Of a stretch of DNA of 64,000 bases, positions 41,809-55,776 are shown piece by piece. Where the stretch lies: the NCBI GenBank assembly GCA_951406725.2, contig OX597819.1, positions 3,658,001-3,722,000 of the forward strand, read 5' to 3'. The position numbers were made by a program, and so were the translations under genes. This DNA comes from Octopus vulgaris. Taxonomy: Eukaryota. The notes under the pieces were generated by a model. The model saw only the letters and a list, made by a program, of their open reading frames with translations. It had not been told where the DNA came from and made no database searches. The stretch's first letter is position 1, and each line of letters opens with the position of its first letter.

Positions 41809-43579
41809 GATTCTGTTGTAGCCCGATGGGAGGGTTCTTGGCATCTTAGGTTACTTGTAGCCCCGTGTTAGGATTTTTTTCTTTTCCAACAGTCTAATTT
41901 GTTGAGCGTATATGAAAATAATAATGATCATTACGAAGTAGCATTAACATTACCTTTAATTCAAATTTAGATATAAATACAGCTTCAAATAGACCTACAA
42001 ATGTTTTGACTGCATCGGTTAGTAACCGTTGCAGTTACAAACTTACTATAATGCCGTTCAACAGCAAATTCCAGATGTATTTATGTTATCCTCTATACTG
42101 AGATTCCACATAGAAGTGATGTTCAGCTTTCTAACTTTAGAGCAATTACGAGCAACCCTTTTCGAGAAGCAAGCCGCGTGAGATATGGATCATCCTCAGG
42201 CGAAACGCAGTATCAAAAAATTGAAGGTAAATTTTTGGGAGGCGTGGGTCGCAGATTGTCCATGATTGCATTAGAGTTAACTTTATGAGTCATCATTATT
42301 TTTTTAAACTCAATGTCTTTTCCAGTCTGTCACCGTTTTACGGATTATTTTATCATAGTTTAATGGAATGAATAATTTTCTACTAGTTTCTTTCGGTTCT
42401 TCTGAAGCTAGAATTATTATCGTGAAGTAAAGAAAACTTCTAGTTTCAAAAGATGGCATGTCACTTGCCTCTGCTCTAACAAATCATATATATTTTTAGG
42501 AGTCATTCCAAATTAAATCCAAGAAAAAAAAAGGATCCCATCATCTTCAAACAAAACCTGGACAAATTTCTTCAAGAGATACCAGATAAACCATCTAAAC
42601 ATAGATACATCTTATTCAACAACAACAACTCCTTATTTGAATGGATTATGACACCACAAAACTTGACTTAAAAATGACTTAACAGATCTATTAGATGGCG
42701 CTATCAAGTTAGATATAACCTGGGCCAAACTTTGGCCGAAACATATATAAGGAATCTAAGTCAATACGGTAGCATCCACAAAACCGCCAAATATGCTAGA
42801 AATATAAACTAAATCTCCATAAATCATACCTTAGTAGCTTACTGATACTCAATACAATATAGTCGCTAATTTATGAAAGGGAAAGATAGTCACAGTGGAT
42901 AAGCCTTTGATCATAGGTTCCCTCACTCAGAGCTGAAGTACATCTCATCTCATCTAGGTCGTCCCATAAGACGCCCCTTTCTTAGGGGTTTAGGTTGCGC
43001 ATACTGTAAGAGTCACAGGGCGCTGCTCTATGTGGTCCCGCAGTTTCCATCTAACTAGGAATATCAGGGTCACATCCATTACCTTGTATTTAAGTACTCT
43101 ATATGACATCCTGCTAGTTCAAAGCCAGGAATCTGATCTGTTAGGTCCATGCCCTACTGCCGACGCTGAAGTACAATTATATTGCAACGGTATAAAATTT
43201 TAAAATTTTGAGCAGTTCAAAACGTTACATTTCTATTTTCATGAGAACACAGGAACATATTTGATTTTGTGAGATTCTATGGAAAAGAAATTTGTGCTCA
43301 CGCCTTAAAGCCTTGAGAGAGAAAATGTAAAATAAAATATAAGCATAAATACATAAAAAATGATGGATATTATTTCTACCCAAGTGTATACAACATGAGA
43401 ACAATTCCACACGTATAGATACAGTTGATCATTGATTGTCTATATTTGTGAGTAATTCTAGTGAATATAAATCTGTTTTCTATAAATGATTTTTTTCTAC
43501 TTCGGTTTTTGCTGCTTTAAGTGTATGGCGATGTAATGGGAGGGTGTCACAGTTGTATGGCAAATATATCAATAATGAA

Positions 43580-43790
43580 AGCAGCGAGCTGGCAGAATCG
43601 TAGGGTAGGTCGGGTAAGATGCTTAGCAGCATTTCGTCTGTCTTTACGTTCTCAGTTCAAATGACGCCGAGGTCGACTTTACCTTTCATCCTTCTGGAGT
43701 CGATAAAATAAGTACCAGTTTTGAATTGGGGTCGATGTAATCGACTTATCATCCCCAGGAACTTAATGGCTTTGCGCTAAAATTTGAAGT
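43580..43790 (+). mobile_element. SINE family B
   Basis: Matches the family consensus. Confidence 0.8.
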
Positions 43791-44465
43791 TTGTAACTTA
43801 AAGATTTAGAATAAAATTTATGAATCAAATATACTTGTCATTTGTAACGTATACTCTTGCAGTATTGACAGGCGTGGTCTGCTTAAGGAGTTTTTGATAA
43901 TGTGCACATGATCCAAGAAATAGATTTTTAGGTGCAGTATGTGTACATTAGTGTGTTAATTAATAGATTTGCAGCAGTGTATTTCTTCTTGTATTGTGAT
44001 TAGTTTATTAATTCGTAAAGTACTTCAGAAAATGATACAAATGTGAAAGCGACTAATTGCATTAATATTGATATAAATTAATCTAATACACTGTCAATGC
44101 ATTTTCAACTTCTTTTATTTCCTTTTTACAACTACTTGTATAGATTAGTAACTATACACTCACACACACACACACATATATATATATATCCGACATTGCG
44201 AAGATAATCTGGTACTTGACTGAGGAAAGAAAACTTCGAATGACCCGTCCTTGTTTTCTTTGTATCGTCTATCTGGATGTTTTGTTGTCCCCTTTTTGTA
44301 TTACCTAACTGTCCGGATGTTTTGCGTTCTTGTCCCATTTTGTATTATCTTTATCTCTGTCTCTCTCTCTCTGTCTGCATGTCTGTCTGTCTTTCTTTCT
44401 CTCTCTCTCTATATATATATATTTATATATATATTATATATATATACACATATTATATATATATG

Positions 44466-44511
<46 letters not shown>

Positions 44512-44514
<3 letters not shown>

Positions 44515-46110
44515 AATAAAATAAAACATATGCATATATATAAACATATATGTACGTACCTACCTCTACATGTACATATACACGCATATATGAGTACAGG
44601 ACACCAAAGGGACGTCGAACACATAGAGAAACGAAAACAGACACAAACCAAAGGAACAGGACATTTTTTTAAAAACAACAAAAAATGGAGTACAGGACAG
44701 TTAACACAACGAAAAAACCCCTTCTTCAGTCGCTAAGGTTTCATCTACTCTACGTTTCGAAGGATAAAAGCGAGACGTATCTTCGACAAGAAACTTTCCT
44801 TCCTGCGAAAAGGGACGTCGAACACATAGAGAAACGAAAACAGACACAAACCAAAGGAACAGGACATTTTTTTAAAAACAACAAAAAATGGAGTACAGGA
44901 CAGTTAACACAACGAAAAAACCCCTTCTTCAGTCGCTAAGGTTTCATCTACTCTACGTTTCGAAGGATAAAAGCGAGACGTATCTTCGACAAGAAACTTT
45001 CCTTCCTGCGAAAAGCAAATCAATTAAAATTCTGAGATCTTTTCGCAGAGGGGTAAAAAATGGTAAAAAAATGGTAAAAAAACGAGACAGTAACGACAGT
45101 ACGAAAATATGAACAGTAAAAAAAAAATATATATATATATATATAAACAGTAAAAAAATATATATAACAGTAAAAGACAGGACAGGGAGAACAAGATAAG
45201 AAGGGCTGTTGACGCCGAACGAAAAAAGTATTGCAAACGCTGAATTTTTGTGAACGACGAGAGAGCAGGAAAAGCCGTCCAGTAGCCTTAAAAGGCGGGG
45301 GAGAAAGACCGTTAGCAGTTACGGCGGAAGTATCGTCGCAGATGGACGATGGGAATGGGGGAGGAGGAGCAAGAGGAAGGGAGAGAAGAAGGGGAATGGT
45401 GCGAGGAGACCATGAAGAATGGTGAGGGGGAGAGAGAGAATGAAGAATGAGAGAGAGAGGAAGAGACAAGTTAAGTGAGGGAAAAAAGACGAAAAGGGGA
45501 TGGGATAGAAAGAAAGAAAGAAAGAGCAGAGTGCGCGTGAGAGTTAATATCAAGGCGAAACTTGATATACAGAACAATCTTACTTAAGAGGGTGCGTGCG
45601 TTTAGTCGTATAATATATTAATAAAAGAAATAAAACATATGCATATATATAAACATATATGTACGTACCTACCTCTACATGTACATATACACGCATATAT
45701 GAGTACAGGACACCAAAGGGACATCGAACACATAGAGAAACGAAAACAGACACAAACCAAAGGAACAGGACATTTTTTAAAAACAACAAAAAATGGAGTA
45801 CAGGACAGTTAACACAACGAAAAAACCCCTTCTTCAGTCGCTAAGGTTTCATCTACTCTACGTTTCGAAGGATAAAAGCGAGACGTATCTTCGACAAGAA
45901 ACTTTCCTTCCTGCGAAAAGCAAATCAATTAAAATTCTGAGATCTTTTCGCAGAGGGGTAAAAAATGGTAAAAAAATGGTAAAAAAACGAGACAGTAACG
46001 ACAGTACGAAAATATGAACAGTAAAAAAAAATATATATATATATATAAACAGTAAAAAAATATATATAACAGTAAAAGACAGGACAGGAAGAACAAGATA
46101 AGAAGGGCTA
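44512..46110 (-). mobile_element. Tandem PLE-type terminal repeats with an internal 203-bp duplication
   Basis: 44519-45205 repeated at 45629-46108; 44606-44808 duplicated as 44809-45011; weak GIY-YIG-end-like peptide (ARTLLSKIVLYIKFRLDIN) at ~45543-45600. Confidence 0.65.
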
Positions 46111-46889
46111 TACATATATATACACATATATATATACATATATATACATATTATATATATATATATACATATATATTTATATATATATAAATATAATATA
46201 TATATATAGAGAGAGAGAGGGGGAGGGAGAGAGAGAGAGAGAAAGAGAGTTGAATTGGGGTTAGGGGTACATACAAATAAAAAATAATGGTTAAAAAGTA
46301 ATTTCCTTTTTAACTATGTATATAAGTATTTATAAGTGTGTGTGTCCGGTTCAGGCATTGTCGTCCCTTTTCGGCCGGGCGCCATTGAGGTCAGTCGCGT
46401 CTGTTCTGTTCTGTCCTGCCGCCTAGTCAGTTAAGGTTTTTTCCCATTTTCTTTGCGCTAGCTTACTACACTCGTCTGATAGTCAAAAGACCTCGTTTGT
46501 TTTGCTTTGTTTTAATTGTATAATTATTTTCTTTTTTGTTGTATAGCCGAAAGGCGCTTGTCCATGTATGATTCTATTCCATACGTTACGTTCGTCCGAT
46601 AGTCGAAAGACCCATTCTGTTGTTTACTTATTTGCGGCTTGATGCTTTTAGCTTGAGTCCTTGGGCCAGTCGGTTTCGAGTAGTATCGGAAATAAATGGG
46701 CGAAACAGAGTGGACATTCCGGATTTCGACTGAAGAGGCAATTGGCTGCAAATGATCCGTGTATCTTGGTTTGTCCTGTTTACCGTTGTCGTGCTTTCGT
46801 CCTTTTCCTGCATGTTGTGTTTTGACGGTTTCCGTTTGTTGTGTTTTTTCTGATCTACTTTTGATTTTATATATGTAAATATTTATATA

Positions 46890-47055
46890 CACGACGGGTT
46901 TCTTTCCGTTTCCGTCTATCAAATCCACTCACAAGGCTTCGGTCGACCCGAAACTGCAGTAGAAGACACGTGACCAAGCTGCCACGCAGTGGGACTGAAC
47001 CCGGAACCATGCGATTGAGAAGAAAACTTTATACCACAGAGTCATGTCTGCACCA
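46890..47055 (-). mobile_element. SINE family A, 5' half
   Basis: CCACGCAGTGGGACTGAACCCGGAACCATG. Confidence 0.8.
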
Positions 47056-48439
47056 AACATATACATACATACATACATACATACTACATACATACATACA
47101 TACATGCATACATACATATATATATATATTATATATATACATACATATATATATACACACACGTGTATGTGCATGTATGCACGTATGTATATATATATGT
47201 ATGTGTGCGTGTGTATGTATGTATACACACACACACACATACATCTTCTTAAGAAAATAATGGCTATATTTGTATTACATTTCAAAGTGATCAGTGTCTA
47301 TGTATGCATTCAGTAGTTTCAATATTAGTACAATTAATACAAATAACTTTCCGGCTTTAACATTTTCCCTGTGGAAGATGAGATAAGACTGGTTTATTTT
47401 TCATCATACCGTTTATATAAGCAATCTACCATTTAATGATTAAACCTTAATAAAAATAAAACCGTTTTCCTTTTTCTAAACGCTGAAATGCCTTGTCTAT
47501 ACATTTGGTTATAGACTGGACAAGATTCATTTATTACTTGGCTTTAGAAGGTTCAACAGTAAATGAATAGCATGTCTGTAGAAGTCTGTCTACCATTTAT
47601 TGTGTAAAGAAAACTAAATATGAATTTACTGAATTAAAAGCATTATATATTGTGCTGTTAATCAGTTTATTGCGTAAATTAATAAGAAATGTTAATTTTT
47701 CTTAACTAATATCATAATTAGCGCGATGTTTTTGTTTTAATTGTCATCTAAAATATTTACCTAATTTTCCTTCCTCCGATATATTTTGCACTGGGTATAA
47801 TAAGATCCTGGTATGTTATCGACTTACCTCTATGATTTTCAAACCTAATTTATTCAATTATATCCCTAAAAGTTTCAGACATAACATCTGTAAGGAACAG
47901 ATGAATAAAGCGAGAAGAATTAGGGAAAGAGCTGGGCAGTGGTGGAATGGGAAAAGCAGAAGGTAATTGGAAAAGAAGTTTATTCTTTAACAAATTATTC
48001 AGTTGAAATTTGATTTTTGCTCTTTTCAATATGTGCAGTTGGCTAGAATGCCTCACGTCATCAACATACTTCCTCTCACTCCGTTCAATTACACGCTACG
48101 CTACACTCTTTTCACATATTTTTTTTCAGGAACAAGCCTTTCTGCATAGCTTTATAACTCTATCATTCTCTCACTGGCTTCTCTGATCAATCGTACTTGA
48201 CACCAGCCCCACTTCTCTTGTCATGGTCTACTGCACACTTCAATTCCACACCCCCTTCCTTTTCCTATATATTTATATACTAGATCCCCTCTCTCTATAT
48301 AACAATGTGATCATCTATTTCCTTCGCGCTAATTTTTCAAAATAATTATAAAAACATCAGTTTTGTTTCTCTCAGCACGAAAAATATTGAATTCTTTTAG
48401 AGAATAAATGACATGTTAGAACTTGCCTCTTACCTTATG

Positions 48440-48514
48440 TCGTCTTTACAACATAATAATGATAATAATAACCAGATTATTATTATTATTATCATTATTA
48501 TTATTATCATTATC

Positions 48515-48546
<32 letters not shown>

Positions 48547-48613
48547 CATTGTTATCATTATCATTATCATTATTATCATTATTATCATCATCATTATCAT
48601 CATCATTATTATT

Positions 48614-48682
<69 letters not shown>
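48440..48682. repeat. Compound (ATT/ATC)n-(AAT)n microsatellite
   Basis: Directly visible. Confidence 0.9.
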
Positions 48683-48990
48683 TAATTCGTTTATTGGCCA
48701 CAAGGGGTGACAAAAATTAATTAAAACATAAAGGAACAAAACACAGGACGAAAGTTACAAAGGGTTTTGTCCGTTTGCAAAAAACTGTAAAAATTCCAGA
48801 GATAGCAACGAAAATATAACAATTGAAATTCCCAATAGGGGGAGGCGCTTCGAAAGGTTACTCGTGGAAAAACCCATAAAAGCCACGGGAGCCTGGTCAA
48901 AAGGGGGGAAGAGAGCCCCTTTCTCCTTTTATAATACTTTTCTTTTCTTTTTATACTACAGGTGTATCCTCAGAATTGGTCCATTTATAC
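48683..48990 (-). mobile_element. LINE 3' end (ORF end + 3'UTR + AATAAA + (ATT)n tail), clade uncertain
   Basis: - strand ..INGPILRIHL* then UTR ending CCCCTTTGTGGCCAATAAACGAAT and (ATT)n. Confidence 0.55.
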
Positions 48991-49266
48991 CGGCGGAATT
49001 TGAACTCAGAACGTAGTGGCAGATGAAATACCTATTTCTTTACTACCCACAAGGGGCTAAACACAGAGAGGGGACAAACAAGGACAGACAAATGGAGTAA
49101 GTCGATTATATCGACCCCAGTGCGTAACTGGTACTTATTTAATCGAACCCAAAAGGATGAAAGGCAGAGTCGATCTCAGCGGAATTTGGACTCAAAACGT
49201 GACGGCAGACGAAGTACCGCAAAGCATTTCGCCCGGCGTGCTAACGTTTCTGCCAGCTCGCCGCCT
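48991..49266 (-). mobile_element. SINE family B tail type ii plus the start of a second monomer
   Basis: Junction TAAAGAAATAGGTATTTCATCTGCC on - strand. Confidence 0.85.
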
Positions 49267-49373
49267 TGACAATAAAAATAATGATGATGATAATGACGAC
49301 AATAACAAGGATAAGGATGATGATAACGAACATGATGACGATGGCGATGATGATGATAATGACAATAATATTA

Positions 49374-49438
<65 letters not shown>

Positions 49439-49689
49439 TTTAATTTTTAAATTTAAAAAGGCAACTGCATCAGTACCCGTACTTGACTGGTACTTTATTT
49501 TATTATCTCCCACCCCAGAAAAAGAAATAGGGAAGGCAAAGATGACAGCAGCGGGATTTGAACTTAGAATGTAAAGAGTCGGAAGGAATGCCAGTAAACA
49601 TCCTGTTCGATAGTCTAATGATTCTAGCAATCTACAATATGATGATGATGATGATGATGATCACGATGATGATAATTATGATAATATTT

Positions 49690-51960
49690 TTGTATTTGTA
49701 ACCAGGGCGACTCAAGAATGGGACAATTGCAAGGACTTTTACAAGTTACCGGAATAACACTGCGTCCTGACTGCTTATGAAATAAGAATATCTCAGCCGT
49801 CGAAAACAAGTGTGAATGCTTACTCTTTAGTGATTATGAGGGTTATCACATATATTTCTTCCGACTTGATATCATAGCATAAACGACTATGCATCCAAGC
49901 TGACCTCAAGCCACGAACATTTTTTATACCTCACTCAGAATATGGCCTTGTTTAGTGGAGATTAAAAAAGGAAGAGGTCACTCCACTTGGTCTTCGAGAA
50001 AGTCGAGTAATCTGCTCCTCATTGGAGAAAGTTTCTTAAATGTATCCCAACCTCTTCTTATAGTGTGTTCTCGGTTATTTTCTTGATAATCCCTATACAG
50101 CATTGGAATGTTTCAAGAATTCCGGAGACGTCTGATGATGTCGTCATTAGAAGCCGGTCTTTGGAAGTTTTGAAGATGAATTCTTGAAATTCCTGTCGCT
50201 CTCTCTATTTTGGCTTTCGTCATTATTATTTACAATGGCGAAGTTGATGTTTGTTTCAGGAGCTTTTGACTATTTTTGTTGTCTCTTTTAGTGTTTTAGC
50301 TGTTGTAGTTGTGTTTGTGTGTTTTCCTGTTGTTGGCGACGGTGGTGGGGTTGCGAATTTAGCTGTTGCTGTTGAGGTTTTGTTGTTCCTTTTGTTCTTG
50401 ATGCTGTTTTGGTGGCTGTGTCAAGGTTTTGTTGTATTGTAAACATTTTTCTAATGTTTCAATCAAGTTTCTACCATTTGCTTTGGAGTTATGGATCTTT
50501 TCTTTCTCTTGGCTCCCGAAAAATGACCGTTTGCCATTTTTCGGCCTGCTTTCTTTCACATTGTCCTATGCCGGGAAATAAGATGAGGGCTGATTGATAC
50601 AAATGATTGATTTTTTTTATTACCTGTGCCGGTGCCAGTGTTGGTGTTAATGTTGATGTTACTTTTGCGAGGTGGCCGCTCTTTGGAGGACTTAATTTTC
50701 GAGGGTGGTGGTAGCAAGTCCCTTCACTGATATAGGGCAATGGTTTGGGTTCCTTCTGTTGGATCTGTTTTTGTTGCTGTTATTGCTACTTGTCTCGTTG
50801 TTGTTCATCTGGTGTTGTGGGTCAACAACAAGGAAGCTTTCGATCATTCTGTTTAAGGATATAATGCTTTCTGACAATTAGTACTCCAGCATGAGTGACA
50901 GGTAGCCTTCTTACCGTCGTCCGCAACTCATATGTCTTTCTTGCTCTTATGTGGACGCGGTGGGGAATCCGCGGAAAAATTTCTTATATGAGCAGAATCT
51001 CCATTTCTAATATGATCGCAGCACACTTCTGGGGAGAAGATATGGTGATAATTTCACTATGGCCTGTCAATATCAATGTCAAATAATTTTACTTAGTATT
51101 TCTGGTATATTTGGGAATGTTACCTTATTTACAACTCTCCTCAGTTACGTTTGTAATAACATGAATTAATTTGTGAGGCACTATTTGCTGCTATTTTTGA
51201 ACGTCTTCTGTATGAAGGCATAGGGCCACTATCGTCTGATATATCCTTCGTCTCCCCACGTAGCATATCAAACCCCATGCATCTTTCAAACATTTCTGGG
51301 CTTTCGTTGAGCGTGGATTGTCTAATTTTCTGGTTATTTATATATGTATCTATACATTATAATTCTCCTTCCAATTAGTTCTTTCTCTCCTGGTGGGCAA
51401 GCTAGAAAATTTGGTCGAAGCAAACAGTATCTGTTTTCCTTCTTAAACTCATTGTCAAAGGTATATTTTACACATAATCATTGTATAACGTTTGCAAATG
51501 AGCTCACTTTTGTTATGTTGGTAATGGATCTGTTCTCGATGTCGTGTTCCTGAGAATCATAGTGGGTCTGCTGCTACCACTGTTATTCTTGCAATTGAAG
51601 TTTAACTTGTTCATATTTTCGCTGTTATTACTACTGCCATCGTCGTTGACGATTTTTTCTTTAGTATCAGCAAGCTAGTTTAAAGCAGAAGACACTTTTT
51701 TTTTCTTTCGCTGAGGTCATCTATGGTAGTCATGGATACAGCAAGCCTGCTTCTTGCCAAGTTAATGTTCGACACATTTATTTCTTCACCATCTCTTTAG
51801 TTCAGTTAAATTCGATTTCCTTCCTTCTATGTTACATTTGTCGCCAGTTAATATTATTATTTTGTCCAAGGTATCGATGTTTTTTTTAAAGAAAATTGAC
51901 AATATTAGAAATAGTAATTATTAAAAAAAGACAAATGAACCCGCCTCTCTAGGTGCTCAG
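49690..51960 (-). pseudogene. Decayed L1/Tx1-like LINE 5' part (ORF1 knuckle relic and start of APE)
   Basis: GKKATCHSCWSTNCQKALYP (~50865-50915) resembles a CCHC knuckle; NVRGLRS (~49902-49922) resembles the APE start; many stops. Confidence 0.5.
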
Positions 51961-52251
51961 CTGCAGGCCCACTGACTTTTCTTCCTTGATTTTTACTCAT
52001 GTCACTGTCATGTAGTCCCTTTGAACTGTGCCGATCACCTGGCTGTGACGTCGTCCAAGTATACCGACACGGTTCTTCCACATACTAATTCGTGCATAGA
52101 GTCTCAAGTGTCAGTATTTATAGACAGAAGAGACGAGAGGAGACAACCGTGACAATCCAAGCGCATGATACTGAATGGTTCCAAAAGGTGTCTAGGCTGG
52201 GAAGCAAACATCTTACCACATAGCCACGCCTGCGCCTATATATATATATAT

Positions 52252-52328
<77 letters not shown>

Positions 52329-52430
52329 GGAGTAAACACATAAATGTTAAACAAGGTGGAAAAAAGAGTACTCAAATACCAGTGGTAGAGTAATATGCTT
52401 TATTTAAAGCAGCAGAAAATTCAACAAAAC

Positions 52431-52468
52431 CTGTTACTCTGAGTTTCCCATTGCCGTTCATCGGACAG
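52431..52468 (-). ncRNA. Minimal hammerhead ribozyme (C4 variant), left arm
   Basis: ctgt-CCGATGA-acg(gcaa)tgg-GAAA-ctcagag-TA-acag. Confidence 0.6.
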
Positions 52469-52484
52469 TTTTTTCTAGCAAAAA

Positions 52485-52522
52485 CTGTCCGATGAACGGC
52501 AACGAGAAACTCAGAGTAACAG
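52485..52522 (+). ncRNA. Minimal hammerhead ribozyme (C4 variant), right arm
   Basis: ctgt-CCGATGA-acg(gcaa)cga-GAAA-ctcagag-TA-acag; GNRA loop in stem II. Confidence 0.65.
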
Positions 52523-52554
52523 GTTTTGTTGAATTTTCTGGTGCTTTAAATAAA

Positions 52555-52630
<76 letters not shown>

Positions 52631-53402
52631 GCGTTCGGCCAAAGAAACAGATGGATTAAATAACAGGCATAAAAAAATTCAAGTAGTGGTGTCGGTTTGC
52701 TCCACTAAACACTTCCATGCAATTCCTCACCTCTGCTGCAGTTCAATGACTGAAAGACAATAAAAAGGTAAGAGATATATTTCAGATTTCAAACGTCGTA
52801 GATCCGCTGACGGTGTAGTTTCACACAGTTCTGTGATTGTCATTGCTGAAACACTTTCCTCTCTGGCGAATGTTTAAAAAAAAGATGGCTGAATGTAGCA
52901 AGGATGCCACCTAGAGCATAATCCTATGAACCCGGAAAACTTTTAAACAGAGAGTTACTTACTTGCAAATAAATGTGTTAACATGTGACATTATTGACCG
53001 AGGTTACCGTGGTCTTTTCCGTACGCTTTTGTTTCTAATACATTACTAATACACCCCCTATTTTTAGGTCACTTAAATACAAACCTTTGACTCTGCAACA
53101 CTGCATATAATAAATTCCCTACTGGGAATGACCAAGTTTAAAAAACTGCTGGATCTCACTCCTCAGGGAATCTTACATTGCTTATAAACCCTATATTTGG
53201 AAGGACTCATATTAAACTCTGTTGGACTTTTGGTCTTTACTCAAAGGATATTGGAATATTACACATATATACCATTATGCCTAAAAAATGGATTTACAAC
53301 TTCAATACCCATACATATCTTACATCTATTTTCTTTCCTCTACCTCTCTCTCTATTTTATATCACATCTAAACTAACTATGACTTAATCATCCTCTCACA
53401 CC

Positions 53403-53454
53403 GTCTCCAATGAAGGAATATAATTAATTAATATCCTAGAAACAGCTGTGAGAC
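53403..53454 (+). ncRNA. Decayed hammerhead in a PLE pLTR relic
   Basis: gtct-CCAATGA-aggaata...tatcct-a-GAAA-cagctg-TG-agac; G5 and cleavage site mutated, so probably inactive. Confidence 0.5.
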
Positions 53455-53516
53455 CTTCTATCTAAAAATGTTCTAATATCTACACAGCCTTGGTTTTTTA
53501 TCTCATTACACAAAGA

Positions 53517-53522
<6 letters not shown>

Positions 53523-53603
<81 letters not shown>

Positions 53604-53613
53604 CTCTCTCTCC

Positions 53614-53677
<64 letters not shown>

Positions 53678-54329
53678 TAGATAGACATACAAACATACAT
53701 ACATACATACAAACAAACATACATACATACATGCATACATACATATATACATACATACATACATACATACATGCATACATACATAGATACATACATACAT
53801 ACATGCATACATACATAGATACATACATACATACAAACATACATACATACATACATACATACATACATACATACATACATACATACATACATACATACAT
53901 ACATACATACATACATACATACATGCAAACATACATACATACGTACATACACACACATACATACATACAAACATACATACATACATGCATACATACATAC
54001 ATACATGCATACATACATACATACAAACATACATATATACAAACATACATACATACATACCAACATACATACATACAAACATAGATACATACATACATGC
54101 ATGCATGCATACATACATACATACATACAAACATACATACATACATATATACATACATACATACATACATACAAACATACATACATACATATATACATAC
54201 ATACATACATGCAAACTTACACACATACATGCATACATACATACATACATACATACATACATACATACATACATACATACATACATACATACATACAAAT
54301 ATACATACATACATATATACATACATACA

Positions 54330-54363
<34 letters not shown>

Positions 54364-54460
54364 CATACATACATACATACATGCAAACTTACACACATAC
54401 ATGCATACATACATACATACATACATACATACATACATACATACATGCATACGCACATAC
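53523..54460. repeat. Long compound microsatellite (TATC)n(CT)n(TA)n(CATA)n
   Basis: Directly visible; source of the long MYVC/HTYI pseudo-ORFs. Confidence 0.95.
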
Positions 54461-55015
54461 ATGTTCTTGAAAGTCATCGGTTCTTACTCTAATTGAAAAT
54501 GTTTATTGAAGTGATTAATCAATGTTAAGTAACCATGTATTACAATACTGAGTTGTTGTTGTTGCTGGTAAAGAAAACAATTCTGTCATTTGAAACAATT
54601 CTCACTTTCTAGCCTTTCGGAAGAAATTACAAAAAAAGATGAAAAAGAAAAAAATGATTTACTCTGAAACGCAATAACTCCATTCTTACACCCGCATAAA
54701 ATTTAAGTATATATGACAAAGATGCAAAACACTTTCGCGTATCATTATTTTTAGTTATTGATCAAATATTTAAAGCATCAACACAAGTTAACAATTACAG
54801 ATTATTTGGCCTTTTACTTTATGTAATATATTAAGAGAACACATTCTCACACCTGACATTTCTTGTAGCATTCATTAATCAAAGTGGAATTTAAAGCGCA
54901 TAGAAATAACTAATTTCTTCTCTAATACAAATATGTCAATACCGTTTAACTCTAAGGGCAAACTGACTTTTACTGCAATATATACGTATGTATGTTATGT
55001 ATATGTATGTAAGTT

Positions 55016-55090
<75 letters not shown>

Positions 55091-55564
55091 GAAATTATAA
55101 ATGGAAATACCTCTTATTGTTGGAAATAAACGTTCTGAATTAATATTCGTAAATAAAAATAATTTATTTCTTTTACTATAAATCGAGAGTGAGTATTCAA
55201 CTCATCGTATTATGTAATACTGCGAATCTAGAAGATATATTCTCATAGTTTTATTATGATTTATTATAGAAAAAAAATTGTTCGAGTATCGCTATAATAC
55301 TTTGTGACATCTAGTTTTTTCCCCCACCTTTTTATTTTGAATTCAAATTCCACCAAGGTAGACTTGGCTCTATTTTTCATGCTGGGATTTGATTCAGTTG
55401 AGAGTAACATTGTTTAACCGTAGGCTATAATACGATCACCTTTGCTTTATGTACAAAAAAGTCACGTATAACAGTTTTTGTGCTTTCAAATCTACTTCAA
55501 AAGCGATTCATTTTTACAATAATATTGTATTTAGTCCACTATTGCTTCACTATGGATATATTCC

Positions 55565-55776
55565 TTTTCTACTCTAGGCACAAGGCCCGAAATTTTGCGG
55601 GGAGGTGGCCAGTCGATTAGATCTACCCCAATACTCTACTAGTACTTAATTTATCGATCGCGAAAGGATGAAAGGCAAAGTCGACCTCGGCGGAATTTGA
55701 ACTCAGAACGTAGCAGCAGACAAAATACCGCTAAGCATTTCGCCCGGCGTGCTAACGATTCTTCCAGCTCATCGCC
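55565..55776 (-). mobile_element. SINE family B, tail type i
   Basis: Matches the family consensus. Confidence 0.85.

Larger units (their letters stand above)
52393..52560. repeat. Spacer-less ~84-bp fold-back palindrome (inverted PLE pLTR) centred on CTAG
   Basis: Arms are reverse complements with about 5 mismatches. Confidence 0.9.

Noticed and set aside
53590-54496. Long ORFs of MYVC/HTYI repeats, and similar YI, HT, LSIY, poly-I/L/N ORFs throughout
   Set aside because: Translations of microsatellites, not genes
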